Shown: positions 60,382 to 64,000 of the stretch, in pieces | Layout of the letters: the number at the start of each line of letters is the position of its first letter | How positions within the stretch are numbered: the first letter of the stretch is position 1 | Source of the DNA: Candidatus Omnitrophota bacterium | GTDB taxonomy: Bacteria; Omnitrophota; Omnitrophia; Omnitrophales; Aquincolibacteriaceae | DNA: 64,000 bases | Assembly: GCA_903884815.1 (NCBI GenBank) | Contig: CAISGE010000043.1 | Span: 701 to 64,700 of the forward strand | Direction of reading: 5' to 3' | Translations under genes and position numbers: made by a program | Notes under the pieces: generated by a model | What the model was told of the DNA's origin: nothing | What the model saw: the letters and a program-made list of their open reading frames with translations, nothing else | Databases searched by the model: none

Positions 60382-60872
60382 TAGTTCAGCATCGATTGCA
60401 TGCGTGAGATGGCTTTTCCTGCAAGAGAATATTCGGGGTTCTGTTCAAGGGCATGCCTGTAAGCTTCAAGCGCCTGAGCCCAATCGCCCTGATGCTCCCA
60501 AACGCGTCCCAGATTATACCAGGCGTAAAAACGCCCGTCATAGCGCTCTGCCACCGTGGCCTTCTCCAGCCACGTAAGAGCCTCGTCCCAACGTCCTGTC
60601 TCGATCATATAGGCCCCGATATCGTTATAGGGATTTCCGTATTCGGGATCAAGCCGAATGGCCTTTTCACACTCGCGGATCGCGTCTCCATACTGACCTT
60701 TGACGCTGAGGGCCCAGCCCAGGCACGTGTGCGCCTCAGGCGTAGCTTGTGAAACAATGGATTTCCTGTAAAGCACGATTGCCTCATCCACTTTGCCGGC
60801 CATTTGCATTTCATAGGCCTCCCGAAGGAATTTTGCCGCCTCTTCATCTTTATTCAGATTAAATTCATTCAT
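60381..60872 (-). CDS. TPR repeat protein
   Basis: Four TPR-like units (EAHTCLG, PYNDIG, AWYNLG). Confidence 0.9.
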   Translation of the reverse strand: MNEFNLNKDEEAAKFLREAYEMQMAGKVDEAIVLYRKSIVSQATPEAHTCLGWALSVKGQYGDAIRECEKAIRLDPEYGNPYNDIGAYMIETGRWDEALTWLEKATVAERYDGRFYAWYNLGRVWEHQGDWAQALEAYRHALEQNPEYSLAGKAISRMQSMLN

Positions 60873-60890
60873 TTTTCATCCATGGTGGTT

Positions 60891-60963
60891 GGGGGAACGG
60901 GAAACGGTGAACGGGTAACGAAAAGGGCTTTTACGTTCAACGTTCCCCTTTAGCCGTTCCCCG
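60891..60963. repeat. Heptamer-periodic inverted repeat, GGAACGG class
   Basis: GGGAACG GGAAACG GTGAACG GGTAACG...CGTTCAA CGTTCCC...CGTTCCCC. Confidence 0.75.
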
Positions 60964-60967
60964 GTTA

Positions 60968-61603
60968 TTAGAATTTCATGTAAGGGTTCGTGCGTCTCTC
61001 ATTTCCGATAGTCGAGGAATCCGCATCTCCATAGGCGTGCCCCGGAAAAACCTGCAGAGATCCATCGAGACCGGCAAGACGCTTGAGGCTTTGCATCAAC
61101 TTCTTCTCATCCCCGCCCGGAAGATCGCATCGGCCGCAGGCGCCCACAAAGAGCGTATCGCCCGTCACGAGCTTCTCTCCAACCTGGATGCACTGAGCGC
61201 CTTCCGTGTGGCCGGGCGTGTGAAGAAAGATCATCTCCACGGCCCCAATCTTGAGCGTAAAACCTTCCTTCGTTTCTATGAGCTGTTTCGAGGCAACGTC
61301 CTTCAGGAATTTCGCTTCATTCGCGTGAACATAGATCTTTGCGCCGGTCTTTTCGACGAGGGCCTCGACGCCATTCGCGTGATCAAAATGCGTGTGCGTC
61401 AGGATCCCCGCGACGACCTTCATCCCGTCTTTCTCGGCCTCCTTCAGGATCGCATCCACGTCCCAGGCCGGATCCACCACCGCGCATTCCTTGACCTTCT
61501 TGTCCCCGATCAGGTAGACAAAATTCCCCATATAGCCGACGGAGATCTGCTTGAAATACAAGTCTGGGCTACCCACAACAGCAGCATCCCTTACTCTTCT
61601 CAT
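60968..61603 (-). CDS. MBL-fold metallo-hydrolase (glyoxalase II-like)
   Basis: THTHFDH, HTPGHT, GDTLF..CGR.D, PGH; start uncertain. Confidence 0.92.
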   Translation of the reverse strand: MRRVRDAAVVGSPDLYFKQISVGYMGNFVYLIGDKKVKECAVVDPAWDVDAILKEAEKDGMKVVAGILTHTHFDHANGVEALVEKTGAKIYVHANEAKFLKDVASKQLIETKEGFTLKIGAVEMIFLHTPGHTEGAQCIQVGEKLVTGDTLFVGACGRCDLPGGDEKKLMQSLKRLAGLDGSLQVFPGHAYGDADSSTIGNERRTNPYMKF

Positions 61604-62057
61604 AATAGATCACCTCAAGCAACGGATCGTCCTGGATTTTGAGTCTTTTCTTCTCGGTGAAAGCGGCCGGAATCTCCGGGTAGAGAACGTCACCCTCGAA
61701 ATCCGCATGGATACGGGTCAGATAGATCGCATCCACACGATCGATGGTGGTCCTGTAAAGCATCGCCCCCCCGATAATGAAGGCGTGTTCGGTCTTGACG
61801 CTTTTCAAAGCCTCGTCCAAGGACGCAAAAAAGGTCTGTCCGGGATAGGGTTTCTGCCCGCTCTGGTCCAAAATGATATTGGTACGACCCGGCAAGGCTT
61901 TGCAACCAAGGCTTTCAAACGTCTTGAGCCCCATGATCACAGTCTGTCCCAAAGTCGTCGCCTTGAAATGCTGAAGATCCTTGGAGAAATGCCACGGGAG
62001 CTGATTCCCCTTCCCGATCACGCGGTTATTCGCCACTGCAACGATATGAAATAACAT
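61569..62057 (-). CDS. folA: Dihydrofolate reductase
   Basis: VIG...LPWH...DL.HFK..T, IMG.KTFESL...LPGR, IIGG; start at MLFHIVA; downstream of thyA. Confidence 0.93.
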   Translation of the reverse strand: MLFHIVAVANNRVIGKGNQLPWHFSKDLQHFKATTLGQTVIMGLKTFESLGCKALPGRTNIILDQSGQKPYPGQTFFASLDEALKSVKTEHAFIIGGAMLYRTTIDRVDAIYLTRIHADFEGDVLYPEIPAAFTEKKRLKIQDDPLLEVIYYEKSKGCCCCG

Positions 62058-62105
62058 AAGCGGTATAGATTCTCCTTTTCTGTTTTGTGGCCCGAACAAG
62101 TTAAA

Positions 62106-62168
62106 CGAGTACGGCGTCTCGCGTACGGCGCTTTCCCTCCGTACTCTGTACGCCTTACACCGTACGCT
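62106..62168. repeat. Heptamer-periodic inverted repeat, GTACGGN class, between thyA and folA
   Basis: AGTACGG...CGTACGG...CCGTACT CTGTACG CCTTACA CCGTACG. Confidence 0.75.
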
Positions 62169-62961
62169 AAACGGCCACCGGCGCTTTGATCGCCGGATGC
62201 GGGTCATAATTTTCGAGCGTAAAGTCTTCGAATTTGAAATCGAAAATATTTTTTACAGCCGGGCTCAGCTTCATGATGGGAAGCGCGCGAGGCTCCCGCG
62301 ACAACTGAAGATCCACCTGTTCGAGATGGTTCCGGTAAATATGCACATCCCCAAAGGTGTGGATGAATTCCCCGGGTTGAAGCCCCGTCACCTGCGCCAT
62401 CATCAGAGTAAGAAGAGCGTAAGACGCGATGTTGAACGGCACTCCGAGAAAAACATCAGCGCTCCGCTGATAAAGCTGGCAGGAAAGCCTGCCGCCCAGG
62501 ACATAGAACTGGAAGAACGCGTGACAGGGCGGCAGCGCCATTTTCTCGATCTCGCCGGCATTCCAGGCGCTCACAATAATGCGCCTGCTATCCGGATTCG
62601 TCCGGATCATTTCCACCGCCTGAGAGATCTGATCCATGACCGTGCCGTCCGTGCGCTTCCAGGCACGCCACTGAGCCCCGTAAACCGGCCCCAGATCCCC
62701 ATTCGCATCCGCCCACTCATCCCAGATCGTAACGCCGTTATCCTTCAGGAACTTGATGTTCGTATCGCCCCTGAGAAGCCAGAGCAACTCATAGATCACG
62801 GCTTTGGTATAAACTTTCTTGGTGGTCAAAAGGGGAAAACCACGAGCAAGATCAAAACGCATTTGATAGCCGAACGTGCTGATCGTTCCGGTGCCCGTGC
62901 GATCCTGCTTTTCAGTCCCGTGATCCCGGATATGCCTTAAAAGATCCAGATATTGTTTCAT
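62167..62961 (-). CDS. thyA: Thymidylate synthase
   Basis: [49 protein letters not shown]. Confidence 0.98.
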   Translation of the reverse strand: MKQYLDLLRHIRDHGTEKQDRTGTGTISTFGYQMRFDLARGFPLLTTKKVYTKAVIYELLWLLRGDTNIKFLKDNGVTIWDEWADANGDLGPVYGAQWRAWKRTDGTVMDQISQAVEMIRTNPDSRRIIVSAWNAGEIEKMALPPCHAFFQFYVLGGRLSCQLYQRSADVFLGVPFNIASYALLTLMMAQVTGLQPGEFIHTFGDVHIYRNHLEQVDLQLSREPRALPIMKLSPAVKNIFDFKFEDFTLENYDPHPAIKAPVAV

Positions 62962-64000
62962 GAAGTTTGTGCCGGACCGTCCGGAAGGCCTGTCCCGGAT
63001 TCTTTGGGTGGAACTTTGGCAAATCCCGGGAGAGCCACTTCTTTCACAAAGTGCGTGTCATCCACATTCAAATCATCAAAAAAAGAACTCTTAAGAGAAA
63101 AAACGGATCCGTCTGCGGAACTCTTCACGTAATAGCAATCCCCTTCCGCAGACTTCGTCCCGGACTTAAGGATCTGCTTGGCATTGTTCTCGGTGACGAT
63201 CAGCTGCCAGACGGGTTTCTCCAATCCATACTTCGTCCCATCGGGAGCCACGACCTTTTCGGCCCGTACACTGTTCATCGTCGCAATGAATTTCACAACT
63301 TTGTCGGAATCCAAGGGAAGCCGCATCTCTTGGCGGAGAAATTTCCAGGTGCTCTGGGCGGGATCCTTGGGATCGACTTCGCGCACGAGTCCTGCCACCA
63401 TGTTTTGCTCGGTCCCCTTGGCAAGGTAGATTTGGATCTTCGTCACCTTCTCGGGATCCAGGTTGAAGAGCCGGAGATCGACCCAAAAATCGCCTGAGGG
63501 CTTGGCTGTTTCGAGATCCATGAAAATCCCCAGGCTCTCCGGCAGATCCCCCTCAACACGATAAACATCCGCGCTTCCGGATTTACGGATAAAAGAACCT
63601 CCGGCGCCGTCCTTCTTGGCCCCGACCCGAAGATCCAGAAGCGGCACATCCCCCGTCCCCAGACACTTGATCGAAAAGGAATCCGTGTCGTCTATTCCGA
63701 AATCCTTAAAAAGTTCTTTCCCCGTCCCGCGCAGTTCCCCTCGTGCCAAAATAAGTTGCCCGATAAGTTTATCCACTTTCTCGGAGTTCGCCGGAGCATT
63801 CCAGAGGCTTTTGACTTTCCAGACGCCGTTCTCTCTTGCGAGTTCGACAGGCTCCGTCTCAGCTCCGCGAGAGACCAAGATCCTCTCGACTTTGGCTGAG
63901 TCAAAATTCGCAAGAGCAGCCCCCGTTCGCTGTGAGGAATTCTCTCTCTCCCCCGCGAAACGGACCCAGGTTTTGAGAAGTATCCCCATAGCGAGAACTC
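62958..64000 (-). CDS. DUF4340-like exported protein (5' end probably outside the window)
   Basis: Two repeats of the W.....A....V..L...L...FG[IL]D/YGLE pattern typical of DUF4340. Confidence 0.7.
   Translation of the reverse strand, partial: VLAMGILLKTWVRFAGERENSSQRTGAALANFDSAKVERILVSRGAETEPVELARENGVWKVKSLWNAPANSEKVDKLIGQLILARGELRGTGKELFKDFGIDDTDSFSIKCLGTGDVPLLDLRVGAKKDGAGGSFIRKSGSADVYRVEGDLPESLGIFMDLETAKPSGDFWVDLRLFNLDPEKVTKIQIYLAKGTEQNMVAGLVREVDPKDPAQSTWKFLRQEMRLPLDSDKVVKFIATMNSVRAEKVVAPDGTKYGLEKPVWQLIVTENNAKQILKSGTKSAEGDCYYVKSSADGSVFSLKSSFFDDLNVDDTHFVKEVALPGFAKVPPKESGTGLPDGPAQTS

Overview
Bacterial chromosome window, most likely Candidatus Omnitrophota (inferred from the giant signal-peptide gene and pilin style; no marker-gene check possible). 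Bases 1-~10,257 are a visibly AT-richer integrative element carrying a type IB restriction-modification system (hsdR-hsdM-hsdS), small accessory ORFs and a large serine recombinase. The recombinase 3' end runs antisense into a tRNA-Asn(GUU) gene that is split at position 35/36 by an ORF-less 232-nt group I intron. Upstream of the tRNA sits a free-standing GIY-YIG nuclease gene bracketed by a duplicate of the tRNA 5' end. Bases 11-35 kb and 59-64 kb hold GC-rich housekeeping, transport and oxidative-stress genes. The centrepiece is a 23.5-kb gene (7,818 aa). It has a signal peptide and an N-terminal ChaN/TIKI-like putative peptidase domain, followed by unrelated, normally cytoplasmic enzyme modules: SF1 helicase, GlnD-like, GNAT, His-phosphatase, MetF-like, phosphoglycosyltransferase and two methyltransferases. 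These are delimited by 17 copies of an R-[S/A]-E-x-R motif and by near-identical DNA linker repeats, suggesting a self-processing, cassette-shuffled polyprotein. The window also carries many heptamer-periodic inverted repeats and REP-like palindromes, several inserted in frame inside genes.
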